DNA of 37,243 nt, taken from positions 1-37,243 of the forward strand of contig JAJXSP010000001.1 in assembly GCA_021784515.1 (NCBI GenBank), read 5' to 3'. The DNA is from Myxococcales bacterium (GTDB lineage: Bacteria; Myxococcota_A; Polyangia; Palsa-1104; SHYY01). A program made the position numbers and the translations under genes. Shown one piece after another: positions 1 to 11,295 of the stretch. Below the pieces are notes generated by a model. The model worked only from the letters and a program-made list of their open reading frames with translations, was not told where the DNA came from and did not search any database. Each line of letters starts with the position of its first letter. The stretch's first letter is position 1.

Positions 1-408
1 GCGCTCGCGGCGGCGGCTCTCGTCGAACTGCGGCCCCGCGTCCAGCAGCTGGCGCTCGGCGACGGCGAGCGTCTGGTGCGGCGGGCGGCGCTCCACGGAC
101 TCGCGCGAGCCGGCGATCGTCCCACGCTCGAACGTGCGGCCCGGCGCGACCCGTCGCCCGCCGTGCGCGCGCTGGCGGAGGCCCTCGCCCGTCCTGCCCC
201 TCCCCCTTCGCCGCCGACGTGGGCGGCGGTGAACCTGGTGGACTACGACGGCGCACCCGTCGCGGGCGCGGCGTGCCGCCTGCAGCTGCCCGATGGACGC
301 GTGAAGGTCGCGACGAGCGGTGCACGGGGAGGCGTGCGCGAGGAGCGCGTTCCGCCCGGCGAACTGGACGTCGAGCTGGTCGATCCGCCCGAGGCGCACG
401 AGCCCTGA
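1..408 (+). CDS. HEAT-repeat-like protein, C-terminal part (5' end lies outside the window)
   Basis: Frame 1 is open from base 1 to the TGA at 406-408. The translation has two PBS-lyase/HEAT-like units (ERLVRRAALHGLARAGD, RDPSPAVRALAEALA). Third-position GC is very high. The start at 76 in the ORF track is probably internal. Confidence 0.5.
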   Translation, partial: ALAAAALVELRPRVQQLALGDGERLVRRAALHGLARAGDRPTLERAARRDPSPAVRALAEALARPAPPPSPPTWAAVNLVDYDGAPVAGAACRLQLPDGRVKVATSGARGGVREERVPPGELDVELVDPPEAHEP

Positions 409-409
409 A

Positions 410-1816
410 TCAGTTCGGCAGCGGCCCCTGCGGCAGCGCGGCGGGCGCCGGCGAGTCGTCGGAGGAGAACACCACCGTCCCCGGCCCGATCTCGCTCGTC
501 GGTGCGAGCGCCCGGGCGCGCGCCACGGCCTCCAGCTCCTCGCCGACGCGCGGGAAGGCGTACTCCATGCTCCCGTCGGCGCTGGTCGTGACATCGCCGT
601 CGAGGTCGCGAAGCAGCTGCTCGAGCGCCCGCCGCGCCTCCTCGGGCGCGACGCCCGCCTTCGCGGCCGCCGCCTCGCATAGCGCCTCGGGCTTCGCCGG
701 CGCGCCGCGTCCGACGACGATCTCCCGCACCACCGCCGCCCGCGCGCGCGCCGCCTCGGCCCTGCGCGTTGCGCGACGTCGCACCGCCCAACGACCCGCG
801 GGCACGCCGAAGAACAGCGACGAAAACGCGAGCGGGAACCAGGTCGCCGCCAGCTCCGCGCCCGTCCCGTCGATGCCGAAGCGCGCGAGGAACGCCGGCG
901 CGATCGAGAGCGCGGCGACGAGGTTGAAGCCGTTCATCACGGCGATCGCGGCGTCGGTTCCGTGGCTGTTCCCGGTGAACGGCGCGAGCGCGTGCTCCTC
1001 CTGCCACGCGTAGCGGAACGGCGCCGCCTCGGTCTCGCCCGCGGTGCGCCGCAGCGACGGGAACGAGTAGACGATCGTCCCCTCCGGAGTCACCTCCGGC
1101 TCGCCGTCGTAGTCGGCCAGCAGGCGCGTCGCCTCGCGCTCGGCGCGGTCGTAGCTCCACCCGGTCAGCGCGACGAGATCGGTGGCGGTGATGCGCCCGT
1201 CGGAGGTGCGCAGGTAGCCGACGACGGCGCGGTCGGCCTCGAGGCGATCGACCGGCGGCCCGCCGGGCCCGAACACGAAGTCGAACACCGACCGGTAGAA
1301 CCGCTTGCCGCCGGCGCGGCGCCCGAGGCGGCGCCTCTCCTGCGGTGGCGCCCAGTCGGGCATCATCCACCACACGATCCACGGGAAGCCGAAGCCGCCG
1401 CCGTCGCTGCGGCGCCGGTCGTCGCGATTGGAGCTCTGTGCGACGACGAGCGCGACCGCCATCGCGACGAACGCCGCGACGTAGAAGATCAGCGTGGCGA
1501 CGATCCACACCTTGAAGCCGATGGTGAACGCCTTCCAGAGCGCGCGCCCGGCCTGCGCGATTCGCTCGCGGGCCGGCACCGCGTCCCGACGGACCATCCG
1601 CGGGTCGAAGCGGTAGAGCAGCTCGCCCTCGTCGGTGACGGCGAGGTGGCTCTCGTAGGTGGAGAGCAGCTTGCGGAGCGCGGCGTCGGTGACGTCGGTG
1701 GGCAGTCCGGTCAGCGCCACCGCGTCGGCGCGCGTCAGCGTCCCCTTGCGCCCACGCAGCGCGGTAGCGAGGGCGCGCTCGGCGCCGCTCTCGCTGAGGT
1801 GGCCCCGGTCAGTCAT
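410..1816 (-). CDS. conserved hypothetical integral membrane protein
   Basis: Balanced, protein-like composition. Clear hydrophobic segments (IVATLIFYVAAFVAMAVALVV; FNLVAALSIAPAFLA; TWFPLAFSSLFFGV) are separated by soluble helical modules. I prefer the ATG at 1816 (MTDRG...) over the GTG at 1831. No family recognised. Confidence 0.6.
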   Translation of the reverse strand: MTDRGHLSESGAERALATALRGRKGTLTRADAVALTGLPTDVTDAALRKLLSTYESHLAVTDEGELLYRFDPRMVRRDAVPARERIAQAGRALWKAFTIGFKVWIVATLIFYVAAFVAMAVALVVAQSSNRDDRRRSDGGGFGFPWIVWWMMPDWAPPQERRRLGRRAGGKRFYRSVFDFVFGPGGPPVDRLEADRAVVGYLRTSDGRITATDLVALTGWSYDRAEREATRLLADYDGEPEVTPEGTIVYSFPSLRRTAGETEAAPFRYAWQEEHALAPFTGNSHGTDAAIAVMNGFNLVAALSIAPAFLARFGIDGTGAELAATWFPLAFSSLFFGVPAGRWAVRRRATRRAEAARARAAVVREIVVGRGAPAKPEALCEAAAAKAGVAPEEARRALEQLLRDLDGDVTTSADGSMEYAFPRVGEELEAVARARALAPTSEIGPGTVVFSSDDSPAPAALPQGPLPN

Positions 1817-1880
1817 GGTCTCGGTGTGCACGATGGTGAGATGCTAGCGCGCCGCCGCCGTCACGCCAGCGGCGCCGGCG

Positions 1881-2095
1881 TCAGGTCGGTCGGCCAAGGG
1901 CGTTGAGCAGCCGGTCGCGGACCTCGTTGCGCAGCGCGACGGACTCGGCGAACAGCCGGTCCAGCCGATCGGCGATCGGCTTCGGCCACGTCGCTTGCGC
2001 GTCGGCGTCGCCTGCCATCAGGCGGTGCGCGGCGGCGAGCTGATCGACGGCGCCCTCGAGGGCGAGGTGCAGCTCGCGGAGGCGTTCACGGTCGT

Positions 2096-2099
<4 letters not shown>
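1881..2099 (-). CDS. small helical hypothetical protein (72 aa), translationally coupled to tex
   Basis: Begins MNDRERLRELHLALEG. Its ATG overlaps the tex stop codon (ATGA at 2096-2099). Third-position GC is high. The 486-aa ORF in the track is this gene fused to an off-frame shadow of tex. Confidence 0.55.
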
Positions 2100-4504
<2,405 letters not shown>

Positions 4505-4656
4505 CCGGGCTTGGTACACGAGTCTCCGCGACAAGGGGAGGAAAAAATGCGACGGCCGCGCCGCGCCCCGACGGCGAAGGGCGCGCATCCGCGGGACCGA
4601 TGCGCTATGATGCGCGCCACGATGAGGGCGGTGGACCCCGGCACAAAGGTCGCGTG

Positions 4657-5520
4657 ATGGCGAACTTCCGTCTGCGCCTTCGCGAAGCGGAGCTCGATCT
4701 CCCCAACGGCGAGCTGTCGATCGGCCGCGGGACCGAGTGCTTCCTGCGGATCAACGACGAGCTGGTGTCGCGTCGGCACGCGCGGCTGCTGGTGACGCCG
4801 TCGAGCGTGACGTTCGAGGACCTCGGCAGCCGCAACGGCTCGCGCGTCAACGGCGCTCCCATCGGCGGCGCCGTCACGCTGAAGATCGGCGACGAGGTGG
4901 AGATCGGCACGCAGATCTTCCAGCTGGTCCGCGGCGCCGGGCTCCCGAGCCGCAGCCCCACCGTGACGACGCCGAGCCTGCGCCCCTGCCGCAACTGCAA
5001 GCGCCTCGTCGAGGCGCGGTTCACCACCTGCCCGCTGTGCGGCGCCAACCAGCGCGAGGAGGTGGAGGAGGGGCCGACGCGCTCGATGACCAGCTTCGAG
5101 CTGCTGCTCGGCGTGGGCGACAAGATGATCGCGCTCGGGCGCATCGACGAGGCCGAGAAGATGCTCGGGCCGCGGCTGCGCGAGCTGCTGGCGCGCGCCG
5201 GTCGCGCCGATCTACCCGGGCCCGCCGAGGTGACCGAGGCGCTGCGGCGCGGCGTGCGCCTGGCGGCGGCGACCCGGCGCGGCGAGTGGTACGTGTGGAT
5301 CTTCGACTTCGCGCGCCTCTCCCTGCAGGCCCTCGAGGAGCCGCTCCTCGACGAGCTGCACGCGCACATGATGGCGCACAAGCCCGACGCGGCGGCCGCC
5401 GTGCAGGCCTACCTCGACGCGGCCGTCGTCGCGGGCGCCGACGAGCCGGCCCTCCTTCACCGCCGGCGCCTCGAGGCGCTGCTGCGCTTCTGTCAGCGGC
5501 AGGATCCACCGTCGGCGTGA
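4657..5520 (+). CDS. FHA domain protein with a zinc-ribbon-like CxxC...CxxC motif
   Basis: N-terminal FHA signature (LSIGRGTECFLRINDELVSRRHARL...FEDLGSRNGSRVNG...GDEVEIG), then CRNCKRLVEARFTTCPLCG, then a helical C-terminal half. Start taken at MANFRLRL. Confidence 0.8.
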   Translation: MANFRLRLREAELDLPNGELSIGRGTECFLRINDELVSRRHARLLVTPSSVTFEDLGSRNGSRVNGAPIGGAVTLKIGDEVEIGTQIFQLVRGAGLPSRSPTVTTPSLRPCRNCKRLVEARFTTCPLCGANQREEVEEGPTRSMTSFELLLGVGDKMIALGRIDEAEKMLGPRLRELLARAGRADLPGPAEVTEALRRGVRLAAATRRGEWYVWIFDFARLSLQALEEPLLDELHAHMMAHKPDAAAAVQAYLDAAVVAGADEPALLHRRRLEALLRFCQRQDPPSA

Positions 5521-5590
5521 ACGCAACGACCGCGAGCCGTGAGCCAGGCGCTGTCGCCGGCTCGCGACTCGCGGCTCGTCGCGGCGTCGG

Positions 5591-6250
5591 TCAGTAGTTG
5601 GACTTGGGCTGCGCCGGCTGCTGCTCCTGCGGTTGCTGCTGCGGCGTCGCTCCGGTGTCCTCGTGCCCGCCCACCGGCTGCCGCTCGGGGATGGTGATCC
5701 GATCGACCCGCGTGAGGTTGATCTTGTCGGCGATCGACGAGAGGTCGTCGTCGGCGTCCTTCAGCCGCGCGTAGAGCTGCGAGCTCAGCGAGGCCACCTG
5801 GTCGCGCGAGTCGCTCTTCACCGCGGTGCGGATCTGCCCGAGGAGGTTGCGCGCCTGGGTCAGGTTCTTCTGCAGCGAATCGACCTTCGCCGTGTCGCTG
5901 ACGCGCGCCTCGGGCATCGACTTCACGTGCGAGACGTGGGTCAGCGCGCTCGAGATCGCGCGGTCGATGTTCCCGAGATCCTCACGCTCGATGGTGGCGT
6001 CGAGCTTGCCGGGGGTGAGCTGGGTCGTCGTGTAGAGGACCTTGGTGTTGTTCATCGCATCGCGCAGGTAGAGGTCGATCTCGCTCACGTGCTTCTTGGA
6101 CTCGTCGGGCTTCGCCCCGGCGGCGCTCTTCTCGGCTCCCATCTGCTTCTCGTCCATCTTGTTCGCGCCCATCCCACCCTGCTGGGCGATGGCCGTCGCC
6201 GGCCCCACGAGCGACGCGCCGGCGAGCAGCACCATCAGCGAACGCTTCAT
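5591..6250 (-). CDS. secreted hypothetical protein
   Basis: Signal peptide MKRSLMVLLAGASLVGPATAIAQQ. A strong SD (GGAGGTGG, the reverse complement of 6256-6263) lies 5 nt upstream of the ATG at 6250. Helical, with a Q/P-rich C-terminus. Confidence 0.65.
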   Translation of the reverse strand: MKRSLMVLLAGASLVGPATAIAQQGGMGANKMDEKQMGAEKSAAGAKPDESKKHVSEIDLYLRDAMNNTKVLYTTTQLTPGKLDATIEREDLGNIDRAISSALTHVSHVKSMPEARVSDTAKVDSLQKNLTQARNLLGQIRTAVKSDSRDQVASLSSQLYARLKDADDDLSSIADKINLTRVDRITIPERQPVGGHEDTGATPQQQPQEQQPAQPKSNY

Positions 6251-6374
6251 TCGACCACCTCCTTGGACCCGGCCGCGCCGGGGGTTGCGAAAGACACTAG
6301 CTCCCGCGACGCCTCGGGCAAGCGTCGCCGCGCGCGTCCTTGACCCGATGGTCCCCACGGGATAACAAGCCGCC

Positions 6375-7082
6375 ATGCTCGGCGAACTGTTCGAACGGGT
6401 GGATCACCTCCGCTCGGAGTGGAAGGCACGCCTCGAGGTGGACGTCGAGGGGATGGTCGCCGGGATCCGGGCGCGGCTGGCGAGCCGCCTCCGCCTGACG
6501 CCGCTCGCCGTCGACGAGGACCTGCAGGACCGACGAGGCCGGTTCGGGCTGGGGCGGGTGCGGACGTGGGCCTTCGAGTCGCCCGAGCTGCGCAAGGCGG
6601 TGCTCGCCCAGGTCGAGCTGCGGCCGGTGATCGAGGGGCTGGCGCTGGTGCTCGCGCCTCGGCGCGACATCGACGCGCCGGTGTTCGCCGCCGACCTGAT
6701 GGTGCTCCCGACGCGGCTCGCGGCGAACGCCGACGTCTATGGCGCTCCCGAGCGGACCCGCGGCCTGCTGGCGCCGCTCGCCGCCAGCTTCGCGCGCGTC
6801 GGCGGCACCGCCGGCCCGGCGTGGTGCGCGCGGATCGGTTCGGGCGAGGGGCTCCATGCGCGCCCGAGCCCGCGGCTGGTCGACGAGCTGTTCGCCGGCG
6901 TCACCTCGGCGGTGGGGATCTACACCGACGTGCTGCTCTCCGCCCCGCGCGGCGTCGATCGCGCGCGCGAGCAGGGCGAGTTCTTCGCCGCCTTCCACGC
7001 CCACGGGCCGCGCACCGGTCCCCTCGGGCGTCTCTTCGGCGCCGCGTGGGCCGAGCGCTTCAGCCGGCTCCTCTTCGAGTAG
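6375..7082 (+). CDS. ferredoxin-dependent bilin reductase (FDBR/PcyA-HY2 family)-like protein
   Basis: Motif pattern recalled from FDBRs. The central block FESPELRKAVLAQVEL...LALVLAPRRDIDAPVFAADLMVL resembles the xxRxxhLE...vlhxxxfPxxxyDlPiFGxDlV block. The C-terminal LFGAAWAERFSRLLFE resembles AFGEAWAERY...LFD of PcyA. Not verified by search. Confidence 0.5.
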   Translation: MLGELFERVDHLRSEWKARLEVDVEGMVAGIRARLASRLRLTPLAVDEDLQDRRGRFGLGRVRTWAFESPELRKAVLAQVELRPVIEGLALVLAPRRDIDAPVFAADLMVLPTRLAANADVYGAPERTRGLLAPLAASFARVGGTAGPAWCARIGSGEGLHARPSPRLVDELFAGVTSAVGIYTDVLLSAPRGVDRAREQGEFFAAFHAHGPRTGPLGRLFGAAWAERFSRLLFE

Positions 7083-7173
7083 CTGCCGAGCTTCCGAACG
7101 CTCTACGGCGTCGCCTGTTTCTTGACCGCGGCGGGCGCTTGCTCCTAAAGTCCGCCCAGAGGCCCGACTCACC

Positions 7174-7821
7174 ATGCGGATCCTGCGCGCCCGGTACCGC
7201 GACGGAGAGGAGCTGCTGCGGCACTACCAGCCGTCGCTCCCCGCCGGTGGCCTCTTCTATCCGACCCGCGAGGCGATCGCCGTCGGAGAGCCCGTGGTGG
7301 TGGAGGTGCGCTTCCCGGCGCTGCGCGACCGGATGATGTTCCGGGGCGCGATCGCATGGCGCCGCACCGGGCGCCACCGGACCAAGCTGCGCGCGGGGCT
7401 CGGGATCGAGTTCCTGCCCGTCGAGGCGGACCGCCGGGACTTCCTGCTGGCGGTGGCGCGCGGCGAGCAGGTGGAGATGGTGGTGCGACGCCATCGCCGC
7501 CTGCCGGTCGATCTCGAGGTGCGCTGGCGCGTGCTCGCCGACCGCACGTGGTTCGACAGCCGCATCGAGGACATCAGCCCGGGCGGCGCGTTCGTGGCGA
7601 CGAGCGAGACGCGCCCGCCGGGGACGGAGCTGGTGTTCGACGTGACGCCCCCCGGGAACCTGGTGCCGCTGCAGATCGCGGCGCGCGTGGCGTGGGTGCG
7701 CGCCGAGCGCGGCTACGGCGTCGAGTTCCGTTCGCGCGACGCCGGAGGAGCCCGCCGCCTGCGCGAGCTGGTGCGCCGCCTCGAGCGCGACGCGAGCCCC
7801 GTGGCCGCCGCCTCCGCCTGA
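7174..7821 (+). CDS. PilZ domain (c-di-GMP-binding) protein, TIGR02266-like
   Basis: The second half carries the canonical PilZ motifs RRHRR (RxxxR) and DISPGGAFV (D/NxSxxG). The first half is a PilZ-like barrel without these motifs. Confidence 0.8.
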   Translation: MRILRARYRDGEELLRHYQPSLPAGGLFYPTREAIAVGEPVVVEVRFPALRDRMMFRGAIAWRRTGRHRTKLRAGLGIEFLPVEADRRDFLLAVARGEQVEMVVRRHRRLPVDLEVRWRVLADRTWFDSRIEDISPGGAFVATSETRPPGTELVFDVTPPGNLVPLQIAARVAWVRAERGYGVEFRSRDAGGARRLRELVRRLERDASPVAAASA

Positions 7822-7830
7822 CTCGCGCGA

Positions 7831-8970
7831 TCATGCGATCGCGAAGGCGTAGAAGAAGCCGGTGTTGGTCAGCACGTAGACCTGCCGGCCGTCGGAGACC
7901 GGAGGCGCCGTGACGCCATGCCCAGGCTGGAAGAACTGGAGCAGCCGCCCGCTCGCCGCGTCGGCGACGTAGGTCCCGCCCTCGGAGGCCGAGAGCAGGA
8001 GGTAGCGGCCACGGACGAGCACGGGCTGCGACAGCTCGCCCTGCCGCGCGAGCGACTGCCGCCACAGGAGGCGCCCCTTCGTGTCGAGGCAGTGCAGCCC
8101 CTCGCGCGCGGCGGCGAAGTAGACGCGCCCGCGATCGACGCGCACCGTTCCCGCGCCCTCGACCTCGTAGCGCCACCGCACCCCGCCCTCGGCGGGATCG
8201 AGCGCGTAGACGCCGCCCGAGTAGGACGAGACGTAGAGCGTGCCGTCGACCAGCGCGGGCGTCGCGTCGACGTCGGAGAAGTGCGCGTTCTCGCCGGCGA
8301 GCGAGCGCGCCCAGATCACGTCGCCCGTGCGCGCGTTGAGCGCGGCGAGGTAGCCGTCGGCGAAGCCGACGTAGGCGCGGCCGCCGAAGACGAGCGGGCT
8401 GGCGGAGCCGCGAATGCTGAAGCTCTCGGGCGCCTCGCGCTCGTACTGCCAGCGCCAGGCGCCGGTATGCCCGTCGAGGGCGTAGATGCGGTCCTCGCCG
8501 TTGAAGAAGTAGAGCATCCCCTCCTCGTAGACCGGCTCGCTGGCGATGGGCCCCTTGGTGCGATAGACCCACCGCTCGACGCCCGTCGCCGCGTCGAGGC
8601 AGTACATGCCGCCGTCGTCGGCGCCGACGAAGACCGCCTTCGCGTCGGCGAGGTAGAGCGGGCGCCCCGACACACCGGCGGCGATCTTCTTGCGCCACAG
8701 CACCTCGCCGTCGCTGCGGCGGAGCGCGAAGAAGTTGCCCCCGTGCGAGCCGATGAACACGCGCACGCCGTCGGTGGCGGCGGCGGCGAACTCCTGCGGC
8801 TTGTACTCGATGAGGCCGGGCTCGGTCAGCAGGCGCCGCCAGCGGACCGACAGCACCGCGTCTCCGGTGGGCGGCGAATCGGCCGCGCCCGTCGAGCTGC
8901 GATCGCCGGCGACGGTGGCGGCGCCGGTGCACCCGGCGACGAGCAGCCCCGCCGCGATCGCGAGCCGCAT
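7831..8970 (-). CDS. bamB: outer membrane protein assembly factor BamB (PQQ-like beta-propeller lipoprotein)
   Basis: Lipoprotein signal MRLAIAAGLLVAGC. Repeated beta-propeller blades (G.lyalda.tG...W). Sits immediately downstream of a YfgM-like gene, with a TGATG stop/start overlap at 8968-8972. Confidence 0.8.
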   Translation of the reverse strand: MRLAIAAGLLVAGCTGAATVAGDRSSTGAADSPPTGDAVLSVRWRRLLTEPGLIEYKPQEFAAAATDGVRVFIGSHGGNFFALRRSDGEVLWRKKIAAGVSGRPLYLADAKAVFVGADDGGMYCLDAATGVERWVYRTKGPIASEPVYEEGMLYFFNGEDRIYALDGHTGAWRWQYEREAPESFSIRGSASPLVFGGRAYVGFADGYLAALNARTGDVIWARSLAGENAHFSDVDATPALVDGTLYVSSYSGGVYALDPAEGGVRWRYEVEGAGTVRVDRGRVYFAAAREGLHCLDTKGRLLWRQSLARQGELSQPVLVRGRYLLLSASEGGTYVADAASGRLLQFFQPGHGVTAPPVSDGRQVYVLTNTGFFYAFAIA

Positions 8971-9740
8971 CAGCCTCCCGCGCTGGCCGGCGCGACCGGC
9001 GCGCCGAGCAGCCCGAGCTGCGTCTCGACCTCGTCCTTGAGGCCCGACCGCGGCACCTTCGCGAGCAGATCGCGGTACGCCGCCTCGGCGCCCTTCTTGT
9101 CGCCCTTCTTCACGAGCACCCGCGCCTGATCCCACAGCGCGCGGTCGCGGTAGAAGTCACCGCCCTTGGGCTCGAGCTCCTTGTACGCGGCGAGCGCGTC
9201 GTCGAGCTTGCCCTGCGCCTCGAGGCTCAGGCCGACGCCCTCGCGCGCCAGGAAGCGCAGGGTGTCATCGTCGTGCGCGCCGTCGAGGTACTTGCGGTAG
9301 TCGGCCTCGGCCTCGGGGAAGCGCCCGAGGTCGAACAGCAGGCCGGCGCGGGCGAGGCGGGCGCGGCGGCCGACCTGCCCCGACCCCTTGCCCGTCTCCA
9401 ACTTGTCGATCTCGGCGAGGCTCGCCTCGAGGCGCTCCTTGTCGGTCTTGAAGCGCGGCAGCTTGTCCTCGGGCTTGACCGGGGCGGTGTCGGTGATCAG
9501 CTCCGCCTCCGCGACGCGGACGGCGTGGTCGAAGGTTTCGGTCGCCTCTTCGCGCGACGTCGTGACGAAGTGGTCGATCACCCAGACGGCGACCAGCACG
9601 GCGATGGCGCCGACGACGGTGAACAGGATCGCCCGCGTGTACGGGAGCGTCGCCTCGTAGGCCTTCTGCCAGAACGAGACGAACTCGTCGGGCTGGTTCG
9701 CCTGCCCGTGCGGCTTGCGCGTGTACTGCTTCTTGCCCAC
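8970..9740 (-). CDS. YfgM-like membrane-anchored TPR protein
   Basis: GTG start at 9740 with GAGG upstream. One N-terminal TM helix (AILFTVVGAIAVLVAVWVI) followed by TPR-like helices. The position upstream of bamB matches the E. coli yfgM-bamB order. Confidence 0.65.
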   Translation of the reverse strand: MGKKQYTRKPHGQANQPDEFVSFWQKAYEATLPYTRAILFTVVGAIAVLVAVWVIDHFVTTSREEATETFDHAVRVAEAELITDTAPVKPEDKLPRFKTDKERLEASLAEIDKLETGKGSGQVGRRARLARAGLLFDLGRFPEAEADYRKYLDGAHDDDTLRFLAREGVGLSLEAQGKLDDALAAYKELEPKGGDFYRDRALWDQARVLVKKGDKKGAEAAYRDLLAKVPRSGLKDEVETQLGLLGAPVAPASAGG

Positions 9741-9867
9741 GTTGAGTGCCTCGCTTTGGGGGAGATTCGAGTCGCGGAAGCTAGCAAACCACCCCGGCGT
9801 CGTCAATTCGACGGCGCGCGGCGCGCGGCGGTTGCCCGCCACGGCGTGTTTCGTGGTAGGAAGCGCC

Positions 9868-10521
9868 GTGGTCTCGTCGCGGGCTCGACACTTCCTCCGC
9901 CTGCGTTCGCTTCGCTCACCGCGCCTCCGCCGACTGTCGCCGGCGTCCAGCGATCTGGGAGGGCGAAGGCGCGGGCTCCGGTGGCGCCCGATCGCCTGCC
10001 TGCTCTGCCTCCTCGGGCTCGCACCAGCCGCGGCCGCCGAGGAGAAGGAGTGGACGGTCGCGGCGACGCCGGCCTTCTCGCTCCTGCGCGTGGGCGACCG
10101 CATGGCATGGGGCGGCGGCGCGGGCGTGGACCTCGGGTGGGGCCTGACCGACGCGGTCACGCTCCGCGCGACGGGCGCCTTGACCGGACAGGCCGTCGGC
10201 TCCGGCGACGGCCAGCCGTCGGGCGCGGTGCTGGCGTGGTTCGCCGGCGTCGGCGTCACCTACGCGATCGACATCGTCCGCGTGGTGCCGTACTTCGACT
10301 TCGCGCTCGGCTACGAGGGCCTCCGCCGCCCGATCGCGGGGGGCAGTGCCACCGACCACGAGCTCGGGCTCGAGGCGGGCATCGGGGTGGACTACCTGGT
10401 CAGCCGCCGCCTCGCCGTCGGTGCGGTGGTGCGCTACCACGGCGCGCTGACCGCGATCACGGAGCTGCCGCTGGACCTCTACGTCGGGCCGCGGATCGCG
10501 ATCCACTTCGGCGGCGGATGA
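9868..10521 (+). CDS. outer-membrane beta-barrel-like protein
   Basis: Long Arg-rich n-region, then a signal-like IACLLCLLGLAPAAAA. Alternating beta-strand pattern with G/Y/V-rich strands (GVGVTYAIDI, LEAGIGVDYLV, AVGAVVRYH). The GTG at 9868, preceded by AGGAAG, is a provisional start. Confidence 0.5.
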   Translation: MVSSRARHFLRLRSLRSPRLRRLSPASSDLGGRRRGLRWRPIACLLCLLGLAPAAAAEEKEWTVAATPAFSLLRVGDRMAWGGGAGVDLGWGLTDAVTLRATGALTGQAVGSGDGQPSGAVLAWFAGVGVTYAIDIVRVVPYFDFALGYEGLRRPIAGGSATDHELGLEAGIGVDYLVSRRLAVGAVVRYHGALTAITELPLDLYVGPRIAIHFGGG

Positions 10522-11033
10522 CCAATCCCGCCGCGCCCCCTGTCCGCGGTCGCTTCGCGCTGCTGACTCAAATGAGCGCGCGCTTCATCCTGTTCGTCAC
10601 GGCGACGCTCCTCGGCGGCTGCCGGGCCAGGGAGCAGCCGTCCAGCACGCCCGCCGAGCTGCGCGCCACCTCCGCCGACGGGGCCGAGGTGATCGACGAC
10701 ACCTTCGAGCAGCTCTACCCGCTCTTCCTGCTGCCCAAGCTCGACGAGGGACCCCGCGCGCTCCTATGGAGTCGCTACCCGCACCGCTGGGTGCGATGGA
10801 CCGGCCAGCTCGTCTCGGTGAACCAGTACGGCGCGCAGATCAAGCACCTCCGGCAGACCACCACCTTCGACGTCTCGCTGCAGCTCGACCCGGCCGCCCG
10901 CGCCGGGCTGCGACGGGTCAAGCCGGGGACGCGCGTGACCTACGTCGGCCAGCTCGAGGCTTACAATCCGGTGTTCCGGGTCTTCCGCCTGACGCGCGGG
11001 AACGTGATCGTCGCCCAAGGCGACGCGCGGTGA
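10518..11033 (+). CDS. putative lipoprotein
   Basis: ATGA overlap with the preceding gene at 10518-10521. Lipobox LLGGC. An alternative start is the ATG at 10572 (MSARFILFVTATLLGGC). The last two codons and the stop lie inside the duplicated tRNA-Arg 3' fragment. Confidence 0.55.
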   Translation: MTNPAAPPVRGRFALLTQMSARFILFVTATLLGGCRAREQPSSTPAELRATSADGAEVIDDTFEQLYPLFLLPKLDEGPRALLWSRYPHRWVRWTGQLVSVNQYGAQIKHLRQTTTFDVSLQLDPAARAGLRRVKPGTRVTYVGQLEAYNPVFRVFRLTRGNVIVAQGDAR

Positions 11034-11079
11034 CCCCAGCGTGACTCGAACACGCGACCTGCTGTTTAGGAAACAGCCG
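11026..11079 (-). repeat. partial duplicate of tRNA-Arg(CCU): anticodon arm through 3' end plus 5 trailing nt
   Basis: 54/54 identity with 11171-11224. No matching acceptor 5' strand or D-arm upstream, so it is not a functional tRNA. Confidence 0.85.
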
Positions 11080-11173
11080 GCCGATCAGGGGGGACGTTCC
11101 CGTCCCCCCTCGACGAGCGGAGCTCGTCGAGCCTCCCCCCACCGCGCGTCGCGTCGCGCGGGTTTCGTGCCGC

Positions 11174-11249
11174 GGTGACCCCAGCGTGACTCGAACACGC
11201 GACCTGCTGTTTAGGAAACAGCCGCTCTATCCGGCTGAGCTATGGGGTC
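11174..11249 (-). tRNA. tRNA-Arg (anticodon CCT)
   Basis: Reverse complement folds as a cloverleaf: GACCCCA TA GCTC AGCCGGATA GAGC G GCTGT TTCCTAA ACAGC AGGTC GCGTG TTCGAGT CACGC TGGGGTC A CC. All four stems are Watson-Crick. CCA is not fully encoded. Confidence 0.9.
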
Positions 11250-11295
11250 TGGTCCGGCGGCGGAGTCTACACCAACCGCGCCGCCGGGGACGGGT

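Noticed and set aside
5531-5566. Bidirectional terminator between the convergent FHA gene and the secreted-protein gene (CGCGAGCCG ... CGGCTCGCG)
   Set aside because: It has a 9-bp stem but an 18-nt loop and no U-tract on either strand. That is too weak to call as a feature.
11031-11110. A second, complete tRNA gene next to tRNA-Arg
   Set aside because: Only the anticodon arm, T-arm and 3' acceptor strand are present. The sequence where the 5' acceptor strand and D-arm should be (...GGAACGTCCCCCCTGATCGGCC) cannot pair with TGGGGTC.
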